NCBI GenBank assembly: GCA_030295235.1
Contig: AP026155.1
Coordinates: forward strand, 372,001-436,000
Direction of reading: 5' to 3'
DNA from: Fistulifera solaris
Lineage: Eukaryota
Length of the DNA: 64,000 nt
Shown here: piece by piece, positions 1 through 11,987 of the stretch
Layout: each line of letters starts with the position of its first letter
Numbering within the stretch: the first letter of the stretch is position 1
Notes under the pieces: generated by a model
What the model was told of the DNA's origin: nothing
Seen by the model: the letters and a program-made list of their open reading frames with translations, nothing else
The model's database searches: none
Translations under genes and position numbers: made by a program

Positions 1-365
1 GGGAGAAAGTAGCACCTCCAGGCCTCCGGGATTTATTGCTCGTTCGTCGTCCGAGATGTTCAGCTTCCACGTAGAGATTCTTGCTGCATGGCTGCTGTCG
101 ACAGAAGACAGGCTAACTTTGACCTTATCGGAGAATGTAAAATGATGAGAATGCGCATCGAAGTTCAAGTGGAAGTTCTTTTCCTCCGTTTGTGGCGTCA
201 AACGTGATGTTGATGATTGATGATTGATCGCATCGAAGTCGAAGGTGGACTGTGACAATCCTATCGATAGGAAGAGCATCGCTGAACAGAGAAGTGAAGA
301 TATTTCTCGATAGAGAGCTGGCAATCGCATAGAATAATTACTTGTCTGAAACCATAGAACTTAGA

Positions 366-1435
366 ATGATGGATGCTTCCGACACGAAGCAGTCGGATGC
401 AACTCCTGGATTGTGGCGACTTGCCTTTTGTGCTACAGGAATTTGTGCTTGTTATCTGTATTATGGACTCTTATTCGAAAATCTCTTTCAACCGGGCGAA
501 CACGCACTTGGTGCTACTTTTGTATTGATGACGCAAAGTATTACAAACTCGATGGTAGCTTATGGTTGGAAAAAGTTCCAAGACAGCTCCTCGGTCGCCT
601 CTTCAGCGACCAGAGAGGCCTTGCCGCATCGCTTTCTATTCGCAGCGACCGCCTGCTACGTTACCGCTATGGCGTGCAGTAATGAAGCTGTGCGATACGT
701 TTCGTATCCCGTCGCCGTATTGGCCAAATCTTGTAAACTGATTCCTACCATGGTCGTCGGACAGTTTGTGGAAGGTCGGCTATACAGTCGAACCGAATGG
801 ATGGCGGCATTATCGATATCGGCCGGAATCGTTGTGTTTCATATGACGCGCATGGAAGAAGCAATCCATCATGATGATCAACCCAAACCAACCGCGACGT
901 ACGGTATGCTGTTGTTGTTAGTGAGTTTAACGGTACGTGCCAGCTGCATAGTAGTACATCGTGCTTATCGTAAAACCGACTCACGTTGTAGCTCCTACAG
1001 ATGGATGGGTTTTTGGCTTCGTGCCAGAACTTTCTCAAGAAGAAGAGACCCAATTTACGACCTCCCGATGCCATCGAGACAATGCTATGGATGAATCTAT
1101 ACGCGATTATTTATTTGGTACCACTCACGGTAATGTCCGGACAATTGGATATGGAAGCGCTTTTGTCTATGTGGTATAAGATTGCGGCATTGAACATGAC
1201 TGTAGCGGCGGGGCAAGTCTTTATTTTTCTTACCATCACATGGTATTCACCTGTCATGACAACCACCTTCACAACGACGCGAAAATTCTTTACCATCTTG
1301 TTGAGTGTCTGGACATACGGGCATCATTTCTCAACCTGGCAGTGGTTAGCAGTAGCGTTGGTGTTTACGGGATTGTATCTGTCCATTTTAATGATACAAA
1401 AGCCGCATGGCGCCGTCGAAAAGAAGAAAGACTAG
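366..1435 (+). CDS. UDP-galactose/nucleotide-sugar transporter (SLC35B1/UAA family), 2 exons
   Basis: Motifs SNEAVRYVSYP..LAKSCKLIP and GQVFIFLTI..TTTRKFFTILLSV. GT-AG intron 933-1000 joins ORF 342..1094 to ORF 1001..1435. C-terminal KKKD dilysine ER-retrieval signal. Confidence 0.9.
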
Positions 1436-2101
1436 ATAGCGAAGATACAAGAGCACCTGTACATAATACAAGAAGTTATTGAAACGTACCTAAATGATTG
1501 CAATCTAATCATCGAATGACAGCTCAATCCTGGGTTTGAGCTAGTCTCGAAGTTGCTGTTAGTGGAACACATTTTTGAAAAAGGTATCAAGTAGCAATTG
1601 AATTTATTAACTTTTGTGTTCTGCTTAGACCAGACTATCCAACCTAGCTCGCTCGGGAAAATCTTTGTGTGCCGCGCGCTGCGCGCTTGTCGGTACTTTA
1701 TAATGCAGTATTCATTCTTGACGACGACTCTTGACTGTAGTTTGTCTTCCCTTCTCCGCCAATCAAAACCACTTTGTATGCTATAGTGCACGTCATTTGC
1801 AACTCGCAGCGGTTTTACATGTTGGTTGTCGCGCGATGGTGTGGAGCGAAAGGGACTAACGGGTAACGGGTGTACTTGTACAGGTACCGGTACCCTGTTA
1901 CTGGTACGGTGGCATCAAGTATTTTGCCTACAGCAACAACGAACTTTTCCTGTAGAAATGCTACCAGATTCTACGGTGCTAAAAGTTCGGATGCAAATTT
2001 TAGTGCAGCTTCGTTCGGTGAACCAAACACAAAAAGGATCTATCTTGTAAGTCATCCCATCTGCGTAACATCTCGCTTTCATTAAAGAATTCGCATCTAC
2101 G

Positions 2102-3688
2102 ATGATTTCCGTAGCGACTACCGCACGACATATCGCCTCTTCAGCGAATTTGATCAATGCAGAATCTCCGCCGGATTCTTGCGCAACGCTGTCGAGCAGC
2201 CAGACGAGCGATGAAGATGGCAATGAATGCAACATTCACCAGCTGGCAGACAACGACGATGAAGATGAAGAAGCGAAGCACCTGAAACGACTGGGTGACC
2301 TGCGACAGGTTGTTGGAAGCCAGTCTATGCTCTCGCAAGAACTCATGAGACCCTCTCAAGTCGACGACTCCGAGGATGAAGACGTTGTTGAAGATGCACG
2401 TTCTTCTTTGCTAGATAATCGCCAAGCTCCGGGCTACTGGCCGAAATCGGCATTCGAGAATCTTTCGCAAGTTTTCACGCAGCCCGAACAAGACAGCCGC
2501 AGTGACAAAGCGACGAGCAAAGACGATATTGCATCCGTGCTGCTCTCGTTGCCGAACACTCAGTTGGAAGACGTACAAGATGATGGAATGATGATGGGTC
2601 TAGATGCGATCAAGCATGCAGCTAATAATCATTTGTCAAAGAATAACCTTATCAAGACAAAGCAAGTTCGTCTGGAAAAGGAAGATGAAGTCCAAGAAAT
2701 TGCTGATGGGACCCACGATGATATCAAGCCTCTGTCTCAAACGAGTTTCGGTTCCTTATTGGATGCCATTCAGATCGTCCACGAACAAGACCATCAAGAG
2801 GAAGTGGGACCGAAACGTCAAACTAGAGACACTTTTCCAACTAGTTATCGCCCGAAGCGCCGACGAGTTGCTCCGAACAAGCATCTGGAGTCAATCACGC
2901 ACGCCACAAAGTCGACAAAAGCCTCGCACAAAAAGTCAAAAGGTAATAATGTTGAGAGGAAAGTAGAGTTACCGATGTCGGCCAAGAAACGCTCCGCTCC
3001 TGCAAAACTTGGTTCGACTACTTCCGCCACTACTTCTACTCCCAAGAGCCGCATCGAAGTTGCAAAGTACGTGTTTCCTCAAGAATCGTCCCAGCAGGTC
3101 AGTCCTGCATTCTCAAAAACGACTTTGACACCCTCGCTCTCGAACTCTTCGACAGTTCATGAGCTCGATGCTGCCGAACTTGCGACGAAGATCATTCACG
3201 ATTCTGAGCTGGCCAAGGAGTTGCTCCTGTCGATGGCACTCTGTAGAACGAATCCGCGAACTCCGCCAAACTCCATTCCCGGACCTGGTCATGTGTTGGA
3301 GGATGGTTTCTTTTGGTCGCGATACCCACCCCTGGAAGCAGTTTTAAAAGACAACATGCCCGAGTACTACCGCTTGTCCATTGAGAAGTGCCAATCGTGC
3401 CAGCAGCAGTCTTTCAACAATCGCCTTGTCGATGAAGTCACTGCCACAGCTACTGAGAAAGGATGGACATTCGATCCTGAGCACTTCAATGATGTGAAGA
3501 TTCTTCGCGACCGAATCAGATGCTATTATAAGACACACATTCAAAACGCGAAGAAACGATTGAAGACAATGCTGCGGAACCCAACGAAAAAGTCGAATGC
3601 TATCCATCTTAGGGAACACTATGATTTGATCCAGCAAGCGGCACAAAAGAAACGAGACGCGGACGAGGATGACGCGTCCTGGGACTGA
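2102..3688 (+). CDS. Hypothetical protein, disordered N-terminus and ordered C-terminal domain (FFWSRYPPLE...RDRIRCYYKTH)
   Basis: 528-aa intact ORF with basic NLS-like patches (RPKRRR). No known family recognised. Confidence 0.75.
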   Translation: MISVATTARHIASSANLINAESPPDSCATLSSSQTSDEDGNECNIHQLADNDDEDEEAKHLKRLGDLRQVVGSQSMLSQELMRPSQVDDSEDEDVVEDARSSLLDNRQAPGYWPKSAFENLSQVFTQPEQDSRSDKATSKDDIASVLLSLPNTQLEDVQDDGMMMGLDAIKHAANNHLSKNNLIKTKQVRLEKEDEVQEIADGTHDDIKPLSQTSFGSLLDAIQIVHEQDHQEEVGPKRQTRDTFPTSYRPKRRRVAPNKHLESITHATKSTKASHKKSKGNNVERKVELPMSAKKRSAPAKLGSTTSATTSTPKSRIEVAKYVFPQESSQQVSPAFSKTTLTPSLSNSSTVHELDAAELATKIIHDSELAKELLLSMALCRTNPRTPPNSIPGPGHVLEDGFFWSRYPPLEAVLKDNMPEYYRLSIEKCQSCQQQSFNNRLVDEVTATATEKGWTFDPEHFNDVKILRDRIRCYYKTHIQNAKKRLKTMLRNPTKKSNAIHLREHYDLIQQAAQKKRDADEDDASWD

Positions 3689-3782
3689 AATTCGCGTTGG
3701 GCACCACCGTCGCGTTTACATGTCACCCTTTTACCTAGTTGTATCTTACAAGTATATCATACATAGAACGTTTTTGCAAGTA

Positions 3783-4966
3783 CTATTCCACAGAGTCGGA
3801 GTTAAAGAAATCAGGGTGCAGCTTGATGTATGACCATTCTGCTGCCTTGCCTTTGCCCCAGAAACTAGGAGATTGGAATCTTAGCTAAGAGCTCACTTTG
3901 TCACAAAGCCACAACCATTTTTATGTGCAAACACATACCTGTTCACTTCCTTTGCGAAGAGCGCAAATCCATTTTGTTTCAAAGCATTGAAATACTGCGA
4001 TGGTATCTCAGGCAGTTCATGGGTTTCAATAAGAATTTGTCGAATGTCGGCGGATACCCAATCTTTGTACGTGTGCCTTTGAAAAGACAAAAGATGCCTC
4101 GTTAGTAAGGTATGTCTTTTGAGTTGAATACTGACAAACGAGAAGCAAGCATGACGAGCTGACACGAACCATTCGCAACCCTCACAATCGATCTTGAAAA
4201 TATCAATAGTTCGATCACCGTGTCCCAATTGTTCTTGTATTTCCTGAAACGAGTAGTATTGGCCTCTTCCCCTGTTAGCCTTTATTTGATAGTCATCAGA
4301 GTAGCTGCTTTTGAGTCCCCAGTTGTGATAATGCATACTCTTCCCCAAATTTTCCGGCCTATCGTAATTGCCTGGATCAAATATGTGAACTTCACAAACA
4401 GTTCCATCGGCACCCAGAAGTTCGTAAAGGCCATCTTCAAATCTATAATTTCCGTTCGATCCGATCGAGTAGATCAAGCAATCGGTCGGATCTTTCTCGA
4501 ATGATCCCTTCCTCTTTCTTCGCTCGGCCACGACGTGGCTCAAATTCTCCGGGTCGCAGGTCCATTTGGGTCCGTCGCCGAGGCCCCCTACTTTATGTAG
4601 ATGTGGACAGTTGAAATAAGGGTCCCAATTGAAGAATATCCACCAAGCTGGGTCTTCTTTTCGGTAGTCGGGGTCCGTCCTGTTGATATAGTGTTGAGCA
4701 GTAACGGCAGGTTGTTGATAGAAATTTATCCATTCGGTGTCGGGAATGTCATCGAAAAATCCATACGAATGCTTCTTTCCTATTTCAAACGATTCTTGCG
4801 ATCTTGATACATGCTTTGTAATTATAATGTCTTCCTTCGGTTGAGTTTCACCGATTTGAAGGCGATAATTCAAAAAGTTGCTCAGCAACAAAATAATCAC
4901 GAAAAGGGGTACCGAGACCGGACGAGAAAGAGCAGAAAGTTCTTGTCCTCCTTTCCTACGGTGCAT
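3783..4966 (-). CDS. Type II membrane SAM-dependent methyltransferase (METTL24/Methyltransf_22-like), 3 exons
   Basis: N-terminal TM. Motifs GDGPKWTCDP, CLIYSIGSNG, CEVHIFDP, IDIFKIDCEGCEW, RQILIETH. Introns 4077-4169 and about 3865-3938. Last exon ends EWSYIKLHPDFF..VE*. Confidence 0.85.
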
Positions 4967-5132
4967 AAGAGCAGCTCGAATGTCCAAAATCGTCACTACT
5001 ATGGTGAAACAAGAATTAGAAGTCCTTTTGAAAGAATTTGAAGAGGTGGTTTGCAAATAATAATGAATACAAAGTAATGACTGCAAAAATGATCGACGAG
5101 CGACTATTATCGTCTGGACGACGTACGTCAAA

Positions 5133-7973
5133 CTATGGATCGACAAGCTTATTTCTAGCTAAACGTCTCCGCCTCGCGGCTTCGTTGGCGTGAACAATAA
5201 AAGGACATGGGCTGCCGTCTTTCTTTTGGCAGACTGTCAACGGCATATCGAATATAATTTCTTCTATTCGGTGCCAAGAGCGATGTTGTGACATGGCCAC
5301 CAATCTACCTTGGCGTGCTATCTCGATCCGTTCGTTGGGGTGCGACAAATAGTACCGAATCTTGGATCGCAAGTCTTCTTGGCTTATAAATTCGATGATG
5401 TTGGTCCCATTCACAAGCCCAGCGGGTAATGATAGCATTCTGTCAGTCAACACTAGTCCACCTGTAACCAGACCCTCAAATAACCGATAATGATCCTCCC
5501 AAGAATCACGCTGCGTTACAACAACTATTTTGGAATTCAGAAGAGTGTCGATGTACTCCGATTTGACTTTCCGCCTTCCGTTACGAGCAGCCTCTCCAGC
5601 AACATCAACGAAGACGTTTATTCCATCGCTTTTCCCCATGTCTACTACAGTTTCACTGACCAGATGTCGAAGCCTGGATTCAACGGTACCTACCAGCGTA
5701 CCATTTAAAGCTGTGTTGAGGAGAGTATAGGAGTGAGAAAAGTAGACCCTAACAGCAAGCAATTCCAAGTTTGTTCTACTTACGCCAAATATGAGAAACG
5801 TCGATTTTTCGATCAATGCGCTCGATCGGTCCATCGAGAGTCATATTGTAATGATTGTGGAGAATGTCTCTGAGAGAATCAATGGTGTCCGTTCTTACGA
5901 TCAGGGGGAGTGTGTAAGTAACTTCTGCCGCCATACAATTGCAACGACATTAAGCGTCCAGACTCGACCCAATTGGTTACGTTTGAAAACATCCGCTCAC
6001 GCACAATAGAACGAGTACTGTAAAAGACAAAGTCTACTCCGATTTCATCTTCGATGTTCCTACACCGCTGGGGAACCGGGCCGTCTGTAAAGTCAACAAT
6101 GAAAATCGGCCACGACAGAGGAAGGCCGAGCTTGAAGCGATGCTTCTTTGCTTCTATCACCCACTTCAAGTATTCACCGCACCAAAAGTTCCATCCGTAT
6201 CCGAACCCGGTATCACCAACCCAGATTACGTTTGGATCATCCAAAGCCATCATATCATCAGCCAAACTCAAATACTTAGATTCATTGACTCCATTCTGTT
6301 CTACGTGTAGGATTTCGGCAGTGCCTATACCCATTTCTAGGTATGGCCAAACAACCACAGGCACAACAGGAAGCTTCGACGCTGTCAGCCTTCGTTGCCT
6401 ATAGCGAAGAATAGGATGATCGCGGGCACGATGATCGGAGCCCTTTGGAATGTCTGTTTCGTCAATCAAATCCTCTGCTTTTGCTACTTTATCAGAGACA
6501 TCGCCTGCTGTCGGACGATTGCCAGGTGTATTTGTGTCCTCAACCTTAATTTCTGGGTCGTTCTTGGGTTCATCTGCCTTTACTGCTGCATCTGAGGCAC
6601 CCTTTGCTACTGGATTATCCTTCTGTTCGTTTTTGGTAACAAATTGAACGTTCTCTCTCACTGCATTCTCCCACTCCAAATCCATTTTGGGAGTTAAAAT
6701 CAGCGGGTAGAAAGAAGGATCCAAACGGGTTTCAAGATCACCGCCTTTGCCCTCGCCACATTCTTTGTTGATGATTGTCAACCCCGGGCCATTTTTCTCG
6801 AAACATCCAAATTCCATAAACAGATTCGCATGCTCCGGCAAAGCAGCGACAGCAGGATTGATAAAAACTTTCATACTTAACGTGACCTGTGGAGAGCAAA
6901 AAGGACGCGTGATGAGAACTAGTTGCTTCACGATGCAATTCGCGTCGGGAACTTACATGACTAGCACCATATGGTTTGTCTCCGGTAGGCGCCATGATCT
7001 TTTTCTGCCTTTCCATTCTAGCAACGTTTCGGATTTCTTCAGTCAGACTACTGCTAAAGCGGAACCCGTACGCCTCAAACTTTTGCACCCACCAGTCATG
7101 GTTATGTACTTCGACTAAAAGGTCATGATTCGCAGCAATGTCAGTGATAAATAGCTATGATCGTTGTTGACGCGACAGACTTACCATGATGCCACCCGCC
7201 CCAAACAGATGATGTAGCAAAAATTAGGGCACATTTTCGGAAAGCTGTTATGAAATTGAATTGATACTGTAACCTGAGATGAATAGATGTTGAATGTGAG
7301 ACAAGCGATTGGCGGGTATCTGGCTACCTACGAGCAAATGAACGTACGAAACGTGCTCCAGAAACTCGACGGCCCAGCAGGCGGAATACGTCTTTTCCGG
7401 CCACCAGGGCCCTCTCGAGAAGTCATGTTCCACCACTTGATTCGCTGGATCGGGAAGCATGGTTCGCTCGACGGCGTCATGGCTACCTTCGGCGCACAAC
7501 ACATCAACGCCGTGAAGGTGGAACCATAGAGAGCTCACGCCACGGCCACAACCAACGTCAAGGACCGATTTCACGCCATATTTTGTCACCATATGTTTCC
7601 AAACGTCAGGTGATATGCCATCTAGATCGACTTCCGTGAAACCGCCCAAATGCTTCTTATCTCCGGCACCTCCGTAAATTTTTCGCTTCTTATCTACATC
7701 GCTGTCTTCGACGCGGATAGAAGGAAGATTCTGCGCTTTTCCTTTCGGTATTCCCAAGGGATTCGTCGGATCCCATCCAGTAGTTATCCCATTTGTTGGC
7801 AATGACGTTTCTTCATGTACAATGTAATCCGTGAAGAGAAACGATGAGGGGATTTCTCTTGTCATTTGGAATAAAAGAATCAACGTAACGGCGAGAATAC
7901 TACCCAAGAGAGTTCTGTTCATTGAGCTTCCAGCAGCCCGCCTTGGAGAGGACAGGCCATTTCCAACTGCCAT
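5133..7973 (-). CDS. Methyltransferase + glycosyltransferase (GT-B, Glyco_trans_1_2-like) fusion, type II membrane protein, 5 exons
   Basis: SAM motif VLDVGCGRG and EFLEHV in exon 1. GT-AG introns 7274-7347, 7115-7184, 6887-6956 and 5711-5783 splice in frame. C-terminal WEDHYRLFEGL...IARQG. One frameshift at the G5 run 5904-5908. Confidence 0.8.
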
Positions 7974-8660
7974 GATTGCCTTAGAGTGTCGTTCAAAGAG
8001 GTCGAGACGCAATGATCATGTTCGTAAGCTCTGCTGTTACGACGACTCACTCGGTAGATGGTGAGATGGGGTGTGGTGTGTGTTGCGTGAAAACGACGCA
8101 CAATGTTCTTTGAAAGAAAACGATGCACAATTATGCACATAGTAACCTTGTCAACGGATCTCCAACGGAAGATGAAACGCGTGACTTAATTGGAATATGA
8201 ATGAAATCGTCGTTGAATATCAAAGTCGCAGCAGATTTTTGCCCTGTAATAACAGAATAGTCATTCGATGATATTAGCTCATTATTCGAGAGTGTAAAAA
8301 ACACCGCAATGCTTCAAGGAGTAGGAACGAGGGACTTTGCAGAAGCAATTCCTGTCACACCAAACGTCGTACCGGTTACATACAACTTATCTGTAAAAGT
8401 CTTTTGAGTTTCCAGTTGTCGGAGCACTTTTGCTTCTTATACAAAGTACTTTGTACTCCAGCAACCAGCAACCAGCAACTTCAGTCTCAGAAAACAGTCT
8501 CAGAAATTTTGAACGTGGCTGTTCTCGGAGGAAATAGCTCGAACGCGGGGCAGCAGCGGCGCATGACCTTTTGGAGCACGAGGGGGGGACAATAAAACTC
8601 CTCCTTGTGCCGCTTGTTGTATTCATTGCACATTTACAGACAACTCTTCATTGTTCAAAC

Positions 8661-9619
8661 ATGGAAGTCGTCAACGAACATGACGAGGCTGATGATGGAC
8701 ACCAAGGAATTGCGATAGTGGAAGACGAGAATAGCCGCGTGCAACAAAAACCTACGCGAGGGTCACCGGAGAGACCGAGGGGACTAAGCCGCAAACCGTC
8801 GGTTCAGCGCAGTGAAAGCGGTAGTTTGAATGCTATGCGAGGAGCTATTAGGCCTGGAACCATTCCGATTCGATCGCAGAGTATGCGAGCTGTCGTAAGA
8901 CCGTTGGCGCCGACGAAGAGCACGGATCACTTGGCCTCGATGCGCGCGAGTAGAGCTCAACGAGGAAACATTTCTCGCGTGGCCCCCGTCCGTTCCCAAA
9001 GTTCCGTCTTGGGTGCGCCCCGCCGAGTACCACCGGACAGGACAAGTAGCGTTGACTCTACCAATTCGTTACGTGCCTTTCGGCGCGATCAGATGGGGGC
9101 GTGGAACCAGGTACAATGGAACTACAGCGCCTTCGCGGAGGTCCGGGAGCTTCGCTCACGCGCAATCCGAGCGACATGTCCAACTTGACAGATATGACCG
9201 GCGGTGACTTGAGCTGCTTTACGATGGACTCCGTGAATTTGCGCAAGGCACAGCTGGTAGCTGATCCTATTTTCGCGGACGATGGTACCTACAACGAGGA
9301 AGATAGTTACGCCGATCATGAATCTGTTTCGCGAGCATCTATGTTCAGCGAGTATACTCCTGGAGCTGCGAGAAATATCCCCGAGCCGAGACTGGGTGTT
9401 AATCGGACCCCAAGTCGCTTGGGAGCCATCCGAGTGGATCGGAGACCGCATCCCGCTCAACCCAGGGAAGATGAAACTAGCTCGAGTGAAGAAGGAAATG
9501 ATGACGATGACGATAGGTCGTTCGGATCAGTGACTTCCGGTTTGACCCAGGACTTTACCGATAACGATTTCTTGGATGATTCGGAAAGCGAAAATCATCA
9601 CGAGGCTTCCGAAGGCTAA
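8661..9619 (+). CDS. Hypothetical low-complexity protein (R/S/P-rich, acidic tail)
   Basis: ORFs 8571..9188 and 9101..9619 join if one base is added to the G5 run 9095-9099. Confidence 0.6.
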
Positions 9620-10102
9620 GACTTTTTCTGGATACCTCGTCGTTGCCAATACCTTATTCCGTACAAAGGATATAAATTCATTATTTACTATAAATCTTTA
9701 TTGCAGATTGATACCTTAGATATCTTCAACTTTTACAAACGCCATGTCGGTGTTTCAAGCCTGTAAGCGGAGTAAAGCCGCCCAAGAAAAAAATTAAAGT
9801 AGTGTGTTTTGTGGATCCGCCTAACGTTAGTTGCATTCGATAACTAATTCAAGAAGATCACCCGTTACCTGGTACCCCGTTCGCGTAAAAATCGTCGTTT
9901 TGCCTGGAGTTTCGTACGATCTTTCAGCGAATTTCTTTGAACCAGTTGAACTGAACGAGGCCACGCCTTGACCGCCTTGTAAACTTTAATGTTAAGGATT
10001 GCCTACAGGCAACTTGTAAACGTTGATATTTTACCATAGAAAAATAACAAGGTCAATAAAAACTAATAAATCTTACAACTAAACAGTTTACAAAACATGC
10101 TT

Positions 10103-11281
10103 CTAAAACGGATCGTCGTCGTGGTAATCTTGCGACTGCTCATCCAAGTCATCGATATATTCCCACCGATGAGTGCTGCAGTCCGAGTCAAAACTGTCAA
10201 TCTCCGCGATATCGGTCAAGGAATGCGTCCCGTCGTCGTCATCTTCTTCACCGTCATCATCCTCAATCTTCCGATCCGTGTGCATTCGAACTTTGACGCA
10301 CTGTCCACTTCTCCAGGAAAGCCAAACCTTTCGCACCCAATGTATCTGCCTCAGCAAACGAACCAAAATGACAGCTTTCATGTTGCGCAAAAACATCAAA
10401 TACTTCGGAACATACTTGATAATCAATTGCAGCAGCCTTGATGCACCACCAAGACCAGCTCGTTTGGTCTGCTTCGCAACATTGCCGAAAAGGCGAAAGT
10501 GCCGACCCCTCAGAACTCTAGTGACTCGTATGACCGCTTTAGTACGAAAGAATGACTTTTGAAAGAAGCCGCGTTGATTCTGTTTATCAATGATCGGTTG
10601 TATGTAAAGAAGTTCACCGGGAAAGAGAGAAACAGCATCAATAACGAACCACGTGGCTAAATACCTAGCCCACACTCGTACTGGTTCCTTGCATATCATT
10701 CCGTCGGAACATTTGTACTCCGTAACAAAGTTGAAGAGTATATCGAGCACGAACCAAACCTCGCAAAACCTCAGGAAAAAGTTATTGCCGAACTGACGAT
10801 CGCGAATTGACGAATGGGTTGCATAAGCATTCCCGATGGAAAGAATGACGGTCATGATGTCCCATAGCAGTTTCAACGGATGTTCCGCGGGTATTAGCCA
10901 TCGCTGCTTTCTCCGCAAACGCCAATAATTCCAGTCATCCCTTCCTCGTTTCGGGCGACCACGCATGCTGCGACGCCGTGACCGCGGCTGTTCCCAAAGT
11001 CTTCGAACAACAGGTTCAAGTATTATCTCTTCTTCTTCTTCGACTCCTTCACGCTCTTCGCTCGAGGAGGATGATCGTAACACTTTGTCACTATGAGAGC
11101 GCACCAGCCGTCTTCGCAATGTTTCTTCACTTCTGTTTTCCTTTTCATCCAAAAGCTTCTCAGAAGAAATGCGGTTCCCAAGTCGTGGGGAGCAATCGTT
11201 TCGCTCCACCAACATCGGAGTCACGTGCGGCACACGACGTGGCTCCTCAAAATCGATGAGCGTGGGATCTAAGGGAGCCAT
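10103..11281 (-). CDS. Voltage-sensor-domain (S1-S4)-only protein related to CNBD/KCNH-type channels
   Basis: LIPAEHPLKLLWD, WFVLDILFNFVTEY, RYLATWFVIDAVSLFP and an Arg-rich S4-like segment. No pore or CNBD seen. Confidence 0.7.
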   Translation of the reverse strand: MAPLDPTLIDFEEPRRVPHVTPMLVERNDCSPRLGNRISSEKLLDEKENRSEETLRRRLVRSHSDKVLRSSSSSEEREGVEEEEEIILEPVVRRLWEQPRSRRRSMRGRPKRGRDDWNYWRLRRKQRWLIPAEHPLKLLWDIMTVILSIGNAYATHSSIRDRQFGNNFFLRFCEVWFVLDILFNFVTEYKCSDGMICKEPVRVWARYLATWFVIDAVSLFPGELLYIQPIIDKQNQRGFFQKSFFRTKAVIRVTRVLRGRHFRLFGNVAKQTKRAGLGGASRLLQLIIKYVPKYLMFLRNMKAVILVRLLRQIHWVRKVWLSWRSGQCVKVRMHTDRKIEDDDGEEDDDDGTHSLTDIAEIDSFDSDCSTHRWEYIDDLDEQSQDYHDDDPF

Positions 11282-11987
11282 AATGACTCCTCTTTGCAAA
11301 AAAAGGATAGATCGAAACCGGCTTGGAATGCTTGTGCTTTTTATGATGCTTTTGCTGCAACCGCCATGTGTGTGTTTAGCCGTGTGGCCAATCCTGCGGC
11401 CTTCCTCGCGAGGAGGCTTCGGAAAACTGGTTGTGAAACGTGACCGATGTCTTAGAGACAGGTTGTATTATCAGCAATTGTGTAGGAAGGGGTGGAGAAC
11501 CTGAATTCAATTCGGCGGGTCACCTCTGACTTCCTACATCATAGTGGATACTGAAATCATTTCCCGACTAATTAACGGTCAACGGCTTCGGTCCGTGAGA
11601 ACTATCTTGAGTCGCAGATGTCCTCGTGATGAAGTAACCGCGCGAGAACAACCCTCAACGGACGTTTCAAGCGCGCACACCGTTTTAATACCGGTAGGAT
11701 GATTGTTCCTTCGCAATTATCGCGTCAACAAGGGATGCGAGAGAGTTGTTGATGATCCTCTTGCAACTTTTAAAATGCAACTTATCAAACATTTTTATCA
11801 TTTGCAATTGAAATAAATTGTACCTAGTACCTGCTTGAATCATTTGAGTTCAACTTAGTTCTCAATTTACAGTCAACTTGGCAGAATAGACAATTTACTG
11901 GAATCACCGATCTCTTTCTTTTCGTGTTGGAGTCATTTCTCGGGTTGTTACTCGTTCGACTGTGTTCTAGACGACCACGTACATGAA

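Noticed and set aside
1..160. Possible minus-strand gene start at the window edge
   Set aside because: Too little sequence to fix the frame or identity.
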